Positions 29,235 to 40,600 of a DNA stretch of 64,000 nt are shown here, piece by piece. The stretch comes from Arcicella sp. (GTDB lineage: Bacteria; Bacteroidota; Bacteroidia; Cytophagales; Spirosomataceae). The notes beneath the pieces were generated by a model that had not been told where the DNA came from, ran no database searches, and was given only the letters and a program-made list of their open reading frames with translations. Within the stretch, counting starts at the first letter, position 1; each line of letters opens with the position of its first letter. The stretch covers positions 13,306-77,305 of the forward strand of contig JALONS010000001.1 of NCBI GenBank assembly GCA_025454855.1. The letters run 5' to 3'. The translations under genes and the position numbers were made by a program.

Positions 29235-29294
29235 GTAGGACAGGTTTCCAACCTGTCAAAAAACGATATTAGACAGGTTAGAAACCTGTCCTAC
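29235..29294. repeat. GTAG-type REP doublet (inverted pair)
   Basis: GTAGGACAGGTTTCCAACCTGTC-N14-GACAGGTTAGAAACCTGTCCTAC. Confidence 0.8.
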
Positions 29295-29297
29295 AAT

Positions 29298-30689
29298 ATG
29301 GAAAACAAAGAACAATCCCATACCGAAAACTACGATTTTCAACACGGCTATCACAGCGGTTTGGAATCAGTGGATAAAAATACCTATGAAGGCTATTTGT
29401 CTTCGCAGGTTAATTTTGAGTGGCTTAGTCGGCAATTAGTTGAAAAAAAACAGGAACTCACTGATTTGGATAAGGTAATGGAACATTGTAAAACTCGTTT
29501 CAAAGAAGCCTTTGATGCTCTGCAAGACCGTCTTTTGAAGGTTAATTTAGCGGGCAAAAACAAGGAACGCACCGAAGAACAACTCGCTGAAAATCAAAAA
29601 TCCATTGCTTCTTTTTTGGAAAAACGACATTCTGTTAGGCATAAATATTCCCTCTTTGCGGGGCTGATTTATTTACTGGCGGGTATTTCGTTTGTGGCAG
29701 GTGATTTAATTATTTCGCACGAAATTGTAGCCTATGCACTTAATATTCGTAATAATTTCGAGGCTTGGGCTTTTGCGGTAGGCTTAGCAATGGTTTCAGT
29801 ATTATTAAAGCCTGCCTACGAACGCCTGATTGAAGCTCCTTATTCTGAAAATACTTCGCCAAACGCCAAACGGGCGTATGCTTGGTTCAAAGGTATTACG
29901 GTGGTTTTTGCCGTAGCTACCCTGTTTATTTTGGGTTGGTTTAGATACGAAGCCTACAAAACGGATAAAATGAAGGAATCGGTCAATAAGTCAATCAAAC
30001 AGCTTCAAAATCAAGTAATTGACCCATTAAATCCCTCTGCTCCTCTGCCACCCGAAGTTACTCAGCAAATAGAAACCAAAATGAGAGCGTTTGATGCCTT
30101 GAATGCTGATTTGGTAAACAGTCCTTGGGCATTAGCCTCGTTTGTATTGTCAGGAATTTTGTTTGCTTTGGCAGGGGCAATTTGTTTGGGAATCGCTTTC
30201 CCCGTATTACAATGTTACTGGCAAAGGTGGTTGCAAATAGACCCTAAATTAAAACGCCTGCGGAAAGAACAAAAGAAGTTAGTAGTTGATTTACAGGCAA
30301 TTGAAGTAGATTTAGCGGGGCAAATTGTGCAGAAGAATATCTTGGAAAACGACCTGAAGTTATTGCCTAACTTAGAAACTTTACAAACTCAAAGGCAAAA
30401 TTTACAAGAAGAAATCAAAGGAATTGAGGAGCGTACACAATTGGCAGAAACCGATGCCCGCATAGGTGCATACAACGATGGCTTTGGCAAAGGTTCGATG
30501 GTGCGAGATGTCATTAATGACGATGAAGTAAATCAATTTGTAAGAGAAAACTACTTCGATACCAGTACCTTAGCCAGTAGAGCCAAGAATAATGTAGGAG
30601 ATAAAGCGATTTTCTCAAAACGTCCCAATTTGCGTCCTCATCAGCAATTAAGAAAACTGATTTCAGAGGATTTTTCGGATGGGGAATAA
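29298..30689 (+). CDS. Hypothetical membrane protein: coiled coil, ~4 TM helices, coiled coil
   Basis: ATG at 29298 (the ORF-track extension runs through the REP); long heptad regions flank the TM segments. Confidence 0.75.
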   Translation: MENKEQSHTENYDFQHGYHSGLESVDKNTYEGYLSSQVNFEWLSRQLVEKKQELTDLDKVMEHCKTRFKEAFDALQDRLLKVNLAGKNKERTEEQLAENQKSIASFLEKRHSVRHKYSLFAGLIYLLAGISFVAGDLIISHEIVAYALNIRNNFEAWAFAVGLAMVSVLLKPAYERLIEAPYSENTSPNAKRAYAWFKGITVVFAVATLFILGWFRYEAYKTDKMKESVNKSIKQLQNQVIDPLNPSAPLPPEVTQQIETKMRAFDALNADLVNSPWALASFVLSGILFALAGAICLGIAFPVLQCYWQRWLQIDPKLKRLRKEQKKLVVDLQAIEVDLAGQIVQKNILENDLKLLPNLETLQTQRQNLQEEIKGIEERTQLAETDARIGAYNDGFGKGSMVRDVINDDEVNQFVRENYFDTSTLASRAKNNVGDKAIFSKRPNLRPHQQLRKLISEDFSDGE

Positions 30690-30691
30690 AT

Positions 30692-30742
30692 AAAAACCAT
30701 GTTCATTCGGATTGATTTTATAATCTGAATGAACATGGTTTT
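30692..30742. terminator. Bidirectional terminator
   Basis: AAAACCATGTTCATTCGGATT...AATCTGAATGAACATGGTTTT. Confidence 0.75.
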
Positions 30743-30762
30743 ACAGTTGATACTCCAACTCA

Positions 30763-32244
30763 TCAATAAGCCTTAGCAAAAATCACTCTACGAGTGGAAG
30801 GCTTACCTGTCAATACACATTTGCCTTCTTCTTCAACCGAATCCAACGGAATACAACGGATAGTTGCTTTGGTTAATTCTTTGATTTTGTCTTCTGTTTC
30901 TGAGGTACCATCCCAATGAGCAGAAATGAATCCTAATCCTTCACTTTCAATAATTTTAGTAAACTCTTCCCAAGTATCGACCTTGAAAAGGTGAGTAGCT
31001 CTAAAATCTAAGGCTCTTTGGTAGATATTTGCTTGGATTTCCTCTAAAAGTCCACTTACGGTTTCTACCACAGTATCAATCGGATAAGTTGCTTTTACTT
31101 TGGTATCTCTTCTGGCAATTTCAACGGTACCGTTGGCTAAATCTCTTGCTCCAATCGCCAAACGAACGGGGACACCCTTCAATTCATATTCAGCAAACTT
31201 AAACCCTGGAGATTGTTTGTCGGAATTATCAAATTTTACGGAAATACCTTGTTTTTTCAGAGCGGTAACGATAGGTTTCACAGCTTCTGAAATTTGAGCT
31301 AATTGTTCTTCTCCTTTAAAAATAGGTACAATTACTACTTGGATTGGGGCTAATTTTGGTGGTAAAACCAGCCCTTCATCATCTGAATGAGCCATAATTA
31401 ATGCCCCCATCAAACGAGTAGAAACCCCCCACGAAGTTCCCCAAACAAAATCCTGTTTGTTTTCTTTCGTCATGAATTTCACATCAAAGGCTTTGGCGAA
31501 ATTTTGTCCCAAAAAGTGAGATGTACCTGCTTGTAAAGCACGTCCATCCTGCATCATGGCTTCGATGCAATAAGTTTCTTCTGCTCCTGCAAAACGCTCG
31601 TTAGCCGTCTTTTTACCTCTCACTACTGGCACAGCCATAAATTGCTCAGCAAAAGTGGCGTAAACCTCCAGCATTTGTTCAGTTTCAGCAATGGCTTCTT
31701 CTTTGCTGGCGTGTGCGGTGTGTCCTTCTTGCCATAAAAATTCAGCAGTACGTAAAAATAAGCGAGTACGCATTTCCCAACGTACTACGTTTGCCCATTG
31801 GTTAATTAATAGTGGTAAGTCTCGATAAGACTGAATCCAATTTTTATAGGTACTCCAAATGATAGCTTCCGATGTTGGACGAACCACTAATTCTTCTTCT
31901 AATTTTGCTTCGGGGTCCACCATCAATTTCCCTGCTTTCTCTGGGTCATTTTTCAAGCGATAATGCGTTACTACGGCACACTCTTTGGCAAAGCCTTCAG
32001 CATTTTTTTCTTCGGCTTCGAATAGGCTTTTAGGTACAAAAAGAGGAAAATAGGCGTTAGTATGCCCTGTTTCTTTAAACATATCGTCTAAAGCACGTTG
32101 CATTTTTTCCCAGATAGAATAGCCATACGGCTTGATAACCATGCAACCACGCACGGCGGAATTTTCTGCTAAATCAGCACGTTTTACGAGTTCGTTATAC
32201 CACTCTGAATAATTTTCGCTACGTTTTGGTAGGCTTTTGCTCAT
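30763..32244 (-). CDS. proS: Proline--tRNA ligase (eukaryote/archaeal-like type)
   Basis: [29 protein letters not shown]-terminal FAKAY; ATG at 32244. Confidence 0.96.
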   Translation of the reverse strand: MSKSLPKRSENYSEWYNELVKRADLAENSAVRGCMVIKPYGYSIWEKMQRALDDMFKETGHTNAYFPLFVPKSLFEAEEKNAEGFAKECAVVTHYRLKNDPEKAGKLMVDPEAKLEEELVVRPTSEAIIWSTYKNWIQSYRDLPLLINQWANVVRWEMRTRLFLRTAEFLWQEGHTAHASKEEAIAETEQMLEVYATFAEQFMAVPVVRGKKTANERFAGAEETYCIEAMMQDGRALQAGTSHFLGQNFAKAFDVKFMTKENKQDFVWGTSWGVSTRLMGALIMAHSDDEGLVLPPKLAPIQVVIVPIFKGEEQLAQISEAVKPIVTALKKQGISVKFDNSDKQSPGFKFAEYELKGVPVRLAIGARDLANGTVEIARRDTKVKATYPIDTVVETVSGLLEEIQANIYQRALDFRATHLFKVDTWEEFTKIIESEGLGFISAHWDGTSETEDKIKELTKATIRCIPLDSVEEEGKCVLTGKPSTRRVIFAKAY

Positions 32245-32571
32245 TATATTTTTGATGTTTGTTCTGGCGGCGTACCGCATTCGATATTCAATACTCACTC
32301 TTTAATTTTCAAAACACTGTAATTAGTAAGTTCTCCTAAACTCTAATTACATTCTAAGTTAGTATATTAGGTTGTTATGCTTAATCCAAATAAATTTGTT
32401 TAATTCATAGGGGCAAGAACTCGTTCGATTGTCTTATGGTTGTAATCAAAAAAACAGAATTTAACCTGCTTATTATCAAATGTTTAGTGCTTGTGTTATA
32501 TGCTGTAATTGATTCTCTACTTACGAAGAAAACTTTCCAAGAAAATATTTTGTTAATGATGTGTTAAATAT

Positions 32572-32602
32572 CTTGCAAAGATAAGTTTTTGTAGTAAGTT
32601 TG
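32572..32602 (+). promoter_or_regulatory. Candidate promoter for the lipoprotein/FadL-like genes, overlapping a divergent TATCTTTG
   Basis: CTTG-N19-TAAGTTTG on +; TATCTTTG on - at 32583-32576. Confidence 0.45.
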
Positions 32603-32710
32603 ACACGAAAATTATTGATTTCAAAATACGATTATTTGCAAATTAGTCAATTAAGCGTACTTTCAGAAAATCAAAGATTGTAATTTCCTAATTTTCAAAT
32701 ACCAAAAATC

Positions 32711-33868
32711 ATGAACATCAAACAATCCATCAAACTCTTTTCAGTAGCAGCACTGATGAGCGTTGTTTGGGGGTGTAGTTCCTCAAAGCAAGTGGCAAAA
32801 TCTTCTAATTCAGAAGTTTACGATGATTTGTACGCTTCTGCCGATGAAAATCGTCCTGCTACTCTTGCCAGTCGTGAGCGTTATGAACAGGCTCAGGAGG
32901 AGGAGTATTTGAACCGTAATCCTGAATACAGAGGACAAAATAACAGCCAAGCACAAGGTACTGATGAATATTATTCACAGAACTGGATAAATTCTCGTGG
33001 ATACTATCAAAATCAAGTTCCTTTCAATAATAACAATAATCTGGGATGGAACGGTGGATGGAATTCTCCCTTCAATTCTTTTGGTTTTAACAATTGGTAC
33101 GGAAACCCCGGTATATCATTTGGGTTAGGTTATGGCAATATGTGGGGAAACCCGTGGAATACTTGGGGTGGAGGTTGGAACTCATTTGGAGGAGGTTGGA
33201 ACGACCCCTGGGGTTGGGGACCAAGCCGTTGGGGCTGGGGTAGCCAATTCAACACAGGCTGGAACTCTTGGGGATGGGGTTCGCCGTGGGGCTTCAATTC
33301 TTTTGCTTACAATTCTTGGTATAATCCTTGGAATAGTTTTTATGACCCGTGGGGTTATGGCAGAGGTTGGGGAAATACCTACGTTTACAACTATGGTACG
33401 AATGTAACAGGTGCAAACGGAAATTACAGCAATCCTACTAATACCCGTCCACAAAGAACGAGAGATACTTACTCTTCGTCAGCTTACAATGGAGATTATT
33501 CGGGTAATAGAGGTGGAACTTCTCCACGTGGCAATAGAAATGATGCTGGTTACACAACTGGCAATACCAATAGTAGTGGTAATAGCGACTATTATTCACG
33601 CCCGAGACGTGACAATGGTTACAGTGGAGGAAACAGTACCTATTCAAGCGGTGGAAACAGTAGCTCAAATACTCGTTCAAATAGTTCTTGGAACTGGTCG
33701 AATAATAATTCTAATTCATCTAATAATAACTCATCTTCTTGGGGTGGCAATCGTAGTTCGACTTCGTCATCTTCATGGGGTGGTTCATCGGGTAGCTCTT
33801 CAGGTTCGTCAGGTGGCGGTAGTTCATCGGGTGGCGGCGGAGGCGGTGGCTCAAGAGGACCAAGATAA
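32711..33868 (+). CDS. Lipoprotein with G/W/N/Y-rich and S/G-rich low-complexity regions
   Basis: Lipobox VWGC; YDDLY motif; GGW/PWG repeats; poly-S/G tail. Confidence 0.8.
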   Translation: MNIKQSIKLFSVAALMSVVWGCSSSKQVAKSSNSEVYDDLYASADENRPATLASRERYEQAQEEEYLNRNPEYRGQNNSQAQGTDEYYSQNWINSRGYYQNQVPFNNNNNLGWNGGWNSPFNSFGFNNWYGNPGISFGLGYGNMWGNPWNTWGGGWNSFGGGWNDPWGWGPSRWGWGSQFNTGWNSWGWGSPWGFNSFAYNSWYNPWNSFYDPWGYGRGWGNTYVYNYGTNVTGANGNYSNPTNTRPQRTRDTYSSSAYNGDYSGNRGGTSPRGNRNDAGYTTGNTNSSGNSDYYSRPRRDNGYSGGNSTYSSGGNSSSNTRSNSSWNWSNNNSNSSNNNSSSWGGNRSSTSSSSWGGSSGSSSGSSGGGSSSGGGGGGGSRGPR

Positions 33869-33891
33869 GATTAACAAAACATTAACACCCC

Positions 33892-33927
33892 AAATCCCCT
33901 CAAATAGCAACTTTGAGGGGATTTTTT
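33892..33927 (+). terminator. Intrinsic terminator
   Basis: AAATCCCCTCAAA-tagcaac-TTTGAGGGGATTTTTT. Confidence 0.75.
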
Positions 33928-34078
33928 CGTTTAATAGTAGGGGAATCATTATTTTGGTTGTCATATTTGCAAAAGAGTTATCAACTTTTTTTATGATAAT
34001 TTTAGCAAAAAATGCAAACATTATCACCCAAAAAAGATTGCCTAAATAACTACCATTCATTCAAAATCAAGTTTATAT

Positions 34079-35725
34079 ATGAAAATTTCATCGGGTTTTC
34101 TCGCATACTTTTTAGTGTTTGCTACTTTTCAGAGCATGGCACAGGATAACAGCTACGAAGCCTTAGCAAAGCTATTTTCACAGCCTGCTCCTACGGGTAC
34201 TGCTCGATTTCAGGCACTCGGAGGCAATCATTCAGCACTTGGGGCAGATGTAAGTTCTGCGGCTGGTAATCCTGCTGGTTTGGGGTTTTATACCCGTTCT
34301 GAATTTAGCTTTACGCCCGCTTATCAGAGCCTAAGCAATAGTTCTATTTATGCAGTAGAACCCAATCGAACTACCAATGCCAACGTTAATAATTTCAATA
34401 TTGCTAATATAGGGGTAGTCTTTGGCGGAGCAGAACCCCAATACCGTGAAGGTTGGAGAGGGTCTTTTGCAATTACCTATTCACGCCAAAATACGTTGTA
34501 CAATAATATCAATTTCTCGGGTAATGGTGCCGTAAGCTCAATTTCGGATAGTTATGCCGAATCAGTAAATCGACAGGTACAAGATGGTTTTGTTACACAA
34601 AATGGGTTATTGAATGCCTTGAATAATAATGCTCCGAATGGTTTTCCAGGTAGTGCCAGTATGTACTACTGGGGATACTTAATTACAGCGGCTAATAACT
34701 CAAATAATCCATTTATCGGGGTAGAACCTAACGCCAGAGTAAATCAAAATTTTGATTTTCAATCAACGGGAAGAACGAGTCAGTGGACAATTTCTTACGG
34801 AGGTACTGCCAATGAAAAATTTTACATCGGTGGTAGTCTTGGAATTCCCAGTTATCGGTATGAGACAGTGAAGAATTTTACCGAAAGATTTCAGGCTTAC
34901 CAAGAAATCAGAGGCTTTACCGATACTCGTATTCTTACTTCCAGTGGTAGTGGAATTAATCTAACAGTGGGAGCAATTTACAAACCGAGTGATTTGATTA
35001 GATTTGGTTTGACCATCGCCACACCTACGTGGTACGATGTGGATGAAAGTAGTTCATCATCGGTAAGTGTAGATGTTGATGAAACGAAAGGTATTGATTT
35101 AGGCACTAATCCCGACAGAAATATCTTTAATCGTTTGGGAGCGATTGGTTATAAAACAGCTCAACGCAATAATCGATTCTATATTACGAGTATTCCCCGC
35201 CTTTCAACGGTTACTTACGAAGACAACTATCAAATCAGAACACCCTTCAAAGCGAGTGGTGGTGTAGCTTTATTTTTTAAGAAAAAAGGATTTATTTCGG
35301 CTGATATTGAGTATGTGGCGTATCGTGGGATGAATGTAAGCACTGCCAATCCAGATTCTGATATTGCTGAAGATTTACTGAATTCAACGGATAATATTAA
35401 GTTTTTCTACAATAACGTACTGAATTTTAAAGTAGGCGGCGAATATCGGATGGGTAATGTGAGTTTGAGAGGGGGCGTAAATTATATGCAAAATCCGTAC
35501 AGCACTAACTTTGATAGAAGCAATACCATTGACCGTTCGCAGATGATTTACTCGGCAGGGATTGGTTACAGAACTAACGCCTTTTATGTAGATGTAACGG
35601 GAATGTACGGTAGTACGCAACAGTCGTTTACCCCGTACCGTTTAGCCAATACAGCCGACTTTGCTTCAGCTAAAATTGATAATAGCTACGTGAAAGGGTT
35701 GGTAAGTTTTGGGGTATTTTTTTGA
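34079..35725 (+). CDS. OmpP1/FadL-like outer-membrane beta-barrel
   Basis: GTARFQALGG...NPAGLG N-terminal motif, alternating beta strands, terminal Phe. Confidence 0.82.
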   Translation: MKISSGFLAYFLVFATFQSMAQDNSYEALAKLFSQPAPTGTARFQALGGNHSALGADVSSAAGNPAGLGFYTRSEFSFTPAYQSLSNSSIYAVEPNRTTNANVNNFNIANIGVVFGGAEPQYREGWRGSFAITYSRQNTLYNNINFSGNGAVSSISDSYAESVNRQVQDGFVTQNGLLNALNNNAPNGFPGSASMYYWGYLITAANNSNNPFIGVEPNARVNQNFDFQSTGRTSQWTISYGGTANEKFYIGGSLGIPSYRYETVKNFTERFQAYQEIRGFTDTRILTSSGSGINLTVGAIYKPSDLIRFGLTIATPTWYDVDESSSSSVSVDVDETKGIDLGTNPDRNIFNRLGAIGYKTAQRNNRFYITSIPRLSTVTYEDNYQIRTPFKASGGVALFFKKKGFISADIEYVAYRGMNVSTANPDSDIAEDLLNSTDNIKFFYNNVLNFKVGGEYRMGNVSLRGGVNYMQNPYSTNFDRSNTIDRSQMIYSAGIGYRTNAFYVDVTGMYGSTQQSFTPYRLANTADFASAKIDNSYVKGLVSFGVFF

Positions 35726-35834
35726 GAATCTATAATAAGTAACAATCTAAACAAATAGACCTTCATTCTTTGAGGGTCTTTTTGTTTGTATCAATCCAGA
35801 AAAACACTAAATTCGTTGAATCACAAACAAAAAG

Positions 35835-36944
35835 ATGAATAAACGCTTACTATCACTTGATACTTTTAGGGGCATGACGGTCGCCCTGATGATTTTGGTA
35901 AATAATGCGGGCGATTGGGGACATATCTATGCTCCCTTTGAACACGCTAAATGGCATGGTTGCACTCCAACTGACTTGGTTTTCCCTTTCTTTTTATTCA
36001 TTGTTGGGGTGTCTATTTCCTTTGCCATGCAAGGAAAAGTAGCAGACCAACAAACTATCAGTAAAATACTGATTCGCTCACTCAAATTATTTGGTTTGGG
36101 TTTATTCTTGTCTTTATTTCCTAAGTTAGATTTCTCGGTTGTGCGTATTCCAGGCGTTTTACAACGAATAGCCATCGTGTTCTTGGTTTGTTCATTAATC
36201 TTTTTAACCACCAAAAACCGAACGCAACAAATCATTTTTGGGAGTTTACTGATTGGATATTGGCTATTGATGACTTTCGTACCTGTGCCTGATTATCCCG
36301 TTCCAAATCTCGAACCCGAATTTAATTTAGGAGCTTATTTCGATAGAGCCATCTTGGGAACTGCCCATCTTTATAAGGCTGCCAAAACTTGGGACCCCGA
36401 AGGACTATTAAGTACGCTTCCAGCCATTGCTACGGGGCTTTCTGGTGTATTAACGGGAACTTGGCTACAACGAAAAGATAAAGATACCAACGAAAAATTA
36501 GTGCAAATGTACCTGTGGGGTTGCGTGTGTATGGGATTGGGTTGGGCTTGGGACGCTACGGGCTTTCCTATCAATAAAGCTCTCTGGACGAGTTCTTATG
36601 TACTCTGGACTTCGGGGCTGGCTTTGTGTTTTTTAGCCAGTTTTTATTGGTTGATTGATGTAAGAGGCTATCAAAAATGGACTAAACCCTTCGTAGTTTA
36701 TGGTGTTAATGCCATTACCGTTTTCTTTTTATCAGGATTGATTCCAAGAATTCTGCGGATGATAAAAGTAACTGGTAGCAACGGAAATGAAACTAACTTA
36801 CAAACTTGGATGTATAAAAACGGCATTGTACCACTTTTTTCAAATCCTTACGATGCTTCATTAGCGGGAGCTTTAACAGTAGTCATCGTTTGGCTGGGCA
36901 TTCTATGGATGATGTACGAGAAGAAGGTGATTGTGAAAGTGTAG
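35835..36944 (+). CDS. HGSNAT/NagX-like membrane acyltransferase
   Basis: RLLSLDTFRG, HAKWHG, DLVFPFF, PGVLQRI, DPEGLLS, PINKALWT. Confidence 0.88.
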   Translation: MNKRLLSLDTFRGMTVALMILVNNAGDWGHIYAPFEHAKWHGCTPTDLVFPFFLFIVGVSISFAMQGKVADQQTISKILIRSLKLFGLGLFLSLFPKLDFSVVRIPGVLQRIAIVFLVCSLIFLTTKNRTQQIIFGSLLIGYWLLMTFVPVPDYPVPNLEPEFNLGAYFDRAILGTAHLYKAAKTWDPEGLLSTLPAIATGLSGVLTGTWLQRKDKDTNEKLVQMYLWGCVCMGLGWAWDATGFPINKALWTSSYVLWTSGLALCFLASFYWLIDVRGYQKWTKPFVVYGVNAITVFFLSGLIPRILRMIKVTGSNGNETNLQTWMYKNGIVPLFSNPYDASLAGALTVVIVWLGILWMMYEKKVIVKV

Positions 36945-36945
36945 T

Positions 36946-37017
36946 TATATCGGTCAGTGGTAAAAGGTAAACGGTACGCAATTAATCCTGTACCGTTTAC
37001 CTTTTATCGTTTAACAT
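36946..37017. repeat. Inverted heptamer cassette (TAAACGG/CCGTTTA type)
   Basis: TCAGTGG TAAAAGG TAAACGG TAC ... GTA CCGTTTA CCTTTTA TCGTTTA. Confidence 0.75.
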
Positions 37018-37319
37018 TAAAGAACTACCACCGAATTTTCGTCGGCAGAAATACCACTTGGAACATATTTATCAGCTGCTTCATCGTTAATCCAATTGTC
37101 GTTATCAACTAAATAACGGAACGCAAATTCTCTTCCTTTTTCTAATTCAACTGATGCTTTGAAAGTACCATCTTTTTGCTTTTTCAAAGCCGTTGGATTC
37201 CACTCATTAAAATCTCCTAATAAACTTACTGATTTTGCACCATTAACTGTATCTGCCGAAACAGCGAAAGTAACCTTACAAACAGGTTTGCTTTTTGAGT
37301 ACGCTTTAGTAATTGCCAT
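37017..37319 (-). CDS. Isoamylase early-set/CBM48-like glycogen-binding domain protein
   Basis: CKVTF, LLGDFNEW, FRYLVD..W.ND..AD. Confidence 0.85.
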   Translation of the reverse strand: MAITKAYSKSKPVCKVTFAVSADTVNGAKSVSLLGDFNEWNPTALKKQKDGTFKASVELEKGREFAFRYLVDNDNWINDEAADKYVPSGISADENSVVVL

Positions 37320-37681
37320 AATTGTAAATGATTTTAAGATTAATATTTTTTTTGAATTGATTTCTAATGAATTGTATTTTGATGCAAATATTCAAAAATA
37401 ATTTCCATAATATACTAATTATCAGATGATTAATTTTTAAATTTATTAGAATAGTTATATTTTTTAAATTTAAAATAAAAAACTTAGATGATTTCTTTTA
37501 CTTTCTTATACGGAAATATATTTCAGTAAAATAAAAATAGAACGAAACTCTTGAGTAGATAAGATTGTGGGGTTCTATGAGTATCAGCGGTAACATTTTA
37601 AGGTATCAGAGCGTTAGACCATTGATTTGTTGTGATTCAAAGATTATCTTTACTTAAAGAAATATCAATAAAGTTAATTAT

Positions 37682-40600
37682 ATGAAAGTCAGGGCATTAA
37701 CATTCATCGAAAAGTTGAGTATTATCGTACTAATCGTTACGACTTTATCAAGTTGTAGCGATGAAATTCCTGCGGAAGTAGCAGCTTATAAAGATAAATT
37801 GCCCGAGACGGTTGATTATAATTTGCACATAAAACCTATTTTATCTGACCGTTGCTTCAAATGCCATGGACCCGATAAAAATAAAGTAGAGGCGGGTTTA
37901 CAATTAGCTACTTACGAAGGAGCAACCGAAAAACTAAAGAGCGGACGCAGTGCTATTGTAGCAGGTAATATTAATAAAAGTGAATTAGTAAAAAGAATTC
38001 TAACACACGACCCCGAGGAGGTAATGCCTACCCCAAAATCTAATCTGACGCTTACCGACGAAGAAAAGGCGTTGTTAATTAAATGGGTTCAACAAGGGGC
38101 GGAATATAAAGAACACTGGTCGTTTACTCAAATTGAAAAACCAGATGTGCCAACGGTGAAAGAAGAATCGTGGGTGAAAAATCCGATTGATAACTTTGTA
38201 CTGGCAAAATTAGAGGAAAATAAAATTAAACATTCTACTCAAGCCGACAAAGAAACTTTACTAAGAAGGGTGTCAATGGATATAACGGGGCTTCCCCCAA
38301 CGGTACAAGAATTAGATGCTTTTTTGAAAGATAAATCACCGAATGCCTACGAAAAAGTAGTGGATAGATTATTGAAGTCACCGCACTACGGCGAGCGGAT
38401 GGGCGTGGAATGGTTAGATTTAGCCCGCTACGCTGATTCACATGGCTATCAAGATGATGGTATGAGAAATGTTTCACCGTGGCGAGATTGGGTTATTGGG
38501 GCTTTCAATAAAAATCTTCCGTTCGATAAATTTGTAACGTATCAATTAGCAGGTGATTTACTGCCAAATGCTACGCACGAACAAAAATTGGCAACGTGTT
38601 TTCTACGCAATCACCCCCAAACGCAAGAAGGTGGCGTGGTTGATGAGGAGTATCGCACAGAATACGTCCTTGACCGTGTGGGTACTTTCGGGAAAGCATT
38701 TTTAGGTCTTACGGTAGAATGTGCCAGATGCCACGACCACAAATATGACCCCATTGCTCAGAAAGAATTCTACGAGCTTTCACACTTTTTTAATCAAAAC
38801 AATGAATCTGGGATTATACCATATAATGGCGAGGCTTCGCCGACGGTAATGATTTCAAATCCTGACATTGAAGCCAAACTGAAATACATTCAAAAGCAAA
38901 TTGCTCCTCAAGAAAGAGCCATCAATCCTAATCAACCAATTTACAAGGCTAATTTTGAAAAATGGCTGGTAGCAGCCCAAAAGAACCCTACTAAATACGC
39001 TGTAAACAGTAAGGGATTCATCGCTCACTTTCCCTTTGAACGAAACGTGATTCATCACTATAACAAATACGATGATAAACTTAAAAAAGAAGTTCCTGCT
39101 ACGTCGTTTTCGGGCTACAAGAATGAAGCAGTTGATTCAATAAATGCTTACATTTCAGGAGATTGGGACAGAAGACCCAAGTTTATCAAAGGTAAAATAG
39201 GTAATGGTTTGTTATTAAGAGGAGACTGCGGAATAGATTTTCATCGTGCTTTAGATTTTGAACGTAGCCAACCTTTCTCGGTAAGTTTATGGATAAATCC
39301 TTTGAAAGTAGGGCAGCACGGACCTATTTATAATTCAACGAATGGCGAGTTTGAAGGGCATCGGGGCTATCGTTGCTGGCTCTTGAAAGACGGAACTTTA
39401 CAAGTTAGTTTAAGTTATGTCTGGCCCGCCAACTGTATTGATATTATTACCAAAAATAAAGTCAAATATAAACAGTGGCAAAACATTACGCTTACTTATG
39501 ATGGTAGTAGCAAAGCGTCAGGGGTAAAAATATTCATGGATGGTAAGGAGATGGAAACGGACATTTTGGTTGATAACCTAACTAAGTCAATGCGATACGG
39601 AGAGAGAAAATCGCACTGGGATAGATGGACGGACATGACTTTTATGATTGGAAAGGAGTTCAGGGAGACGATGGATAATTTTGCCATTGACGACTTGCAA
39701 GTTTATCAACGACAGCTTTCGGCTTTAGAAGTTTCAGAAATTGCCAAACAATCTGAAAGCATTTCGGCAATCTTAAAAACTCCTAAAAGCGATTGGACTG
39801 ACCAACAATATCAGCAGGTCTTTGAATATTATCGGCTAAATTTTGAACCTTACTTTGATGTTTACAACCGTAATTTAATTGCTCTCCGAACTAAAGAAAC
39901 AGAATTAGTAACTGATTTTAGAGAAGTGATGGTAATGAGTGAACGCACGTTTCCACGTAAAACCTTCATTCTTAACCGAGGGTCTTATGATGCTCCAACC
40001 ACTGAGGTTTCGTATGGTGTTATCAATAAGATTTTACCATTCGACAACAGTCTCCCTAAAAATCGTTTGGGATTAGCTCAATGGCTCTTAGATGAGAAAA
40101 ATCCACTTTTTGCCCGAGTTACCGTTAATCGTTTTTGGCAAAACTATTTTGGTTTTGGCTTGTCAAAAACCTCCGATGATTTTGGAAATCAGGGTGAAAT
40201 GCCCTCACATCCCGAACTCCTGGATTGGCTTTCAGTACAATTCCGAGAGTCTGGTTGGGATGTAAAAGCTATCCAGAAACTAATAGTGATGTCGGCAACT
40301 TATCAGCAATCTTCTCTGAAAAGGAAAGACTTAATGGAAATAGATTCAGAGAATCGTTTGTTGGCTCGTGGACCCAGCTATCGTTACGCTCACGAGCAGA
40401 TTAGGGATGCCGTTCTGGCAGGAAGTGGCTTATTGGTACGTAAAATTGGAGGTCCGAGCGTGTATCCCTATCAACCAGCGGGTATTTGGGAGGCATTGGC
40501 TACTCGGAATGCAACGTCTTACAAGCAAAATCATGGAGATTCGCTTTACAGAAGAGGAATGTACACTATTTGGAAACGCTCGTCACCTCCGCCTTCGGCA

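Noticed and set aside
32245-32575. Riboswitch or T-box in the long region upstream of proS
   Set aside because: Only one imperfect hairpin (~32406-32440); no T-box or known riboswitch consensus recognised
33132-34060. Several alternative-frame ORFs (up to 212 aa)
   Set aside because: By-products of low-complexity codons in the lipoprotein gene; the longest crosses a terminator
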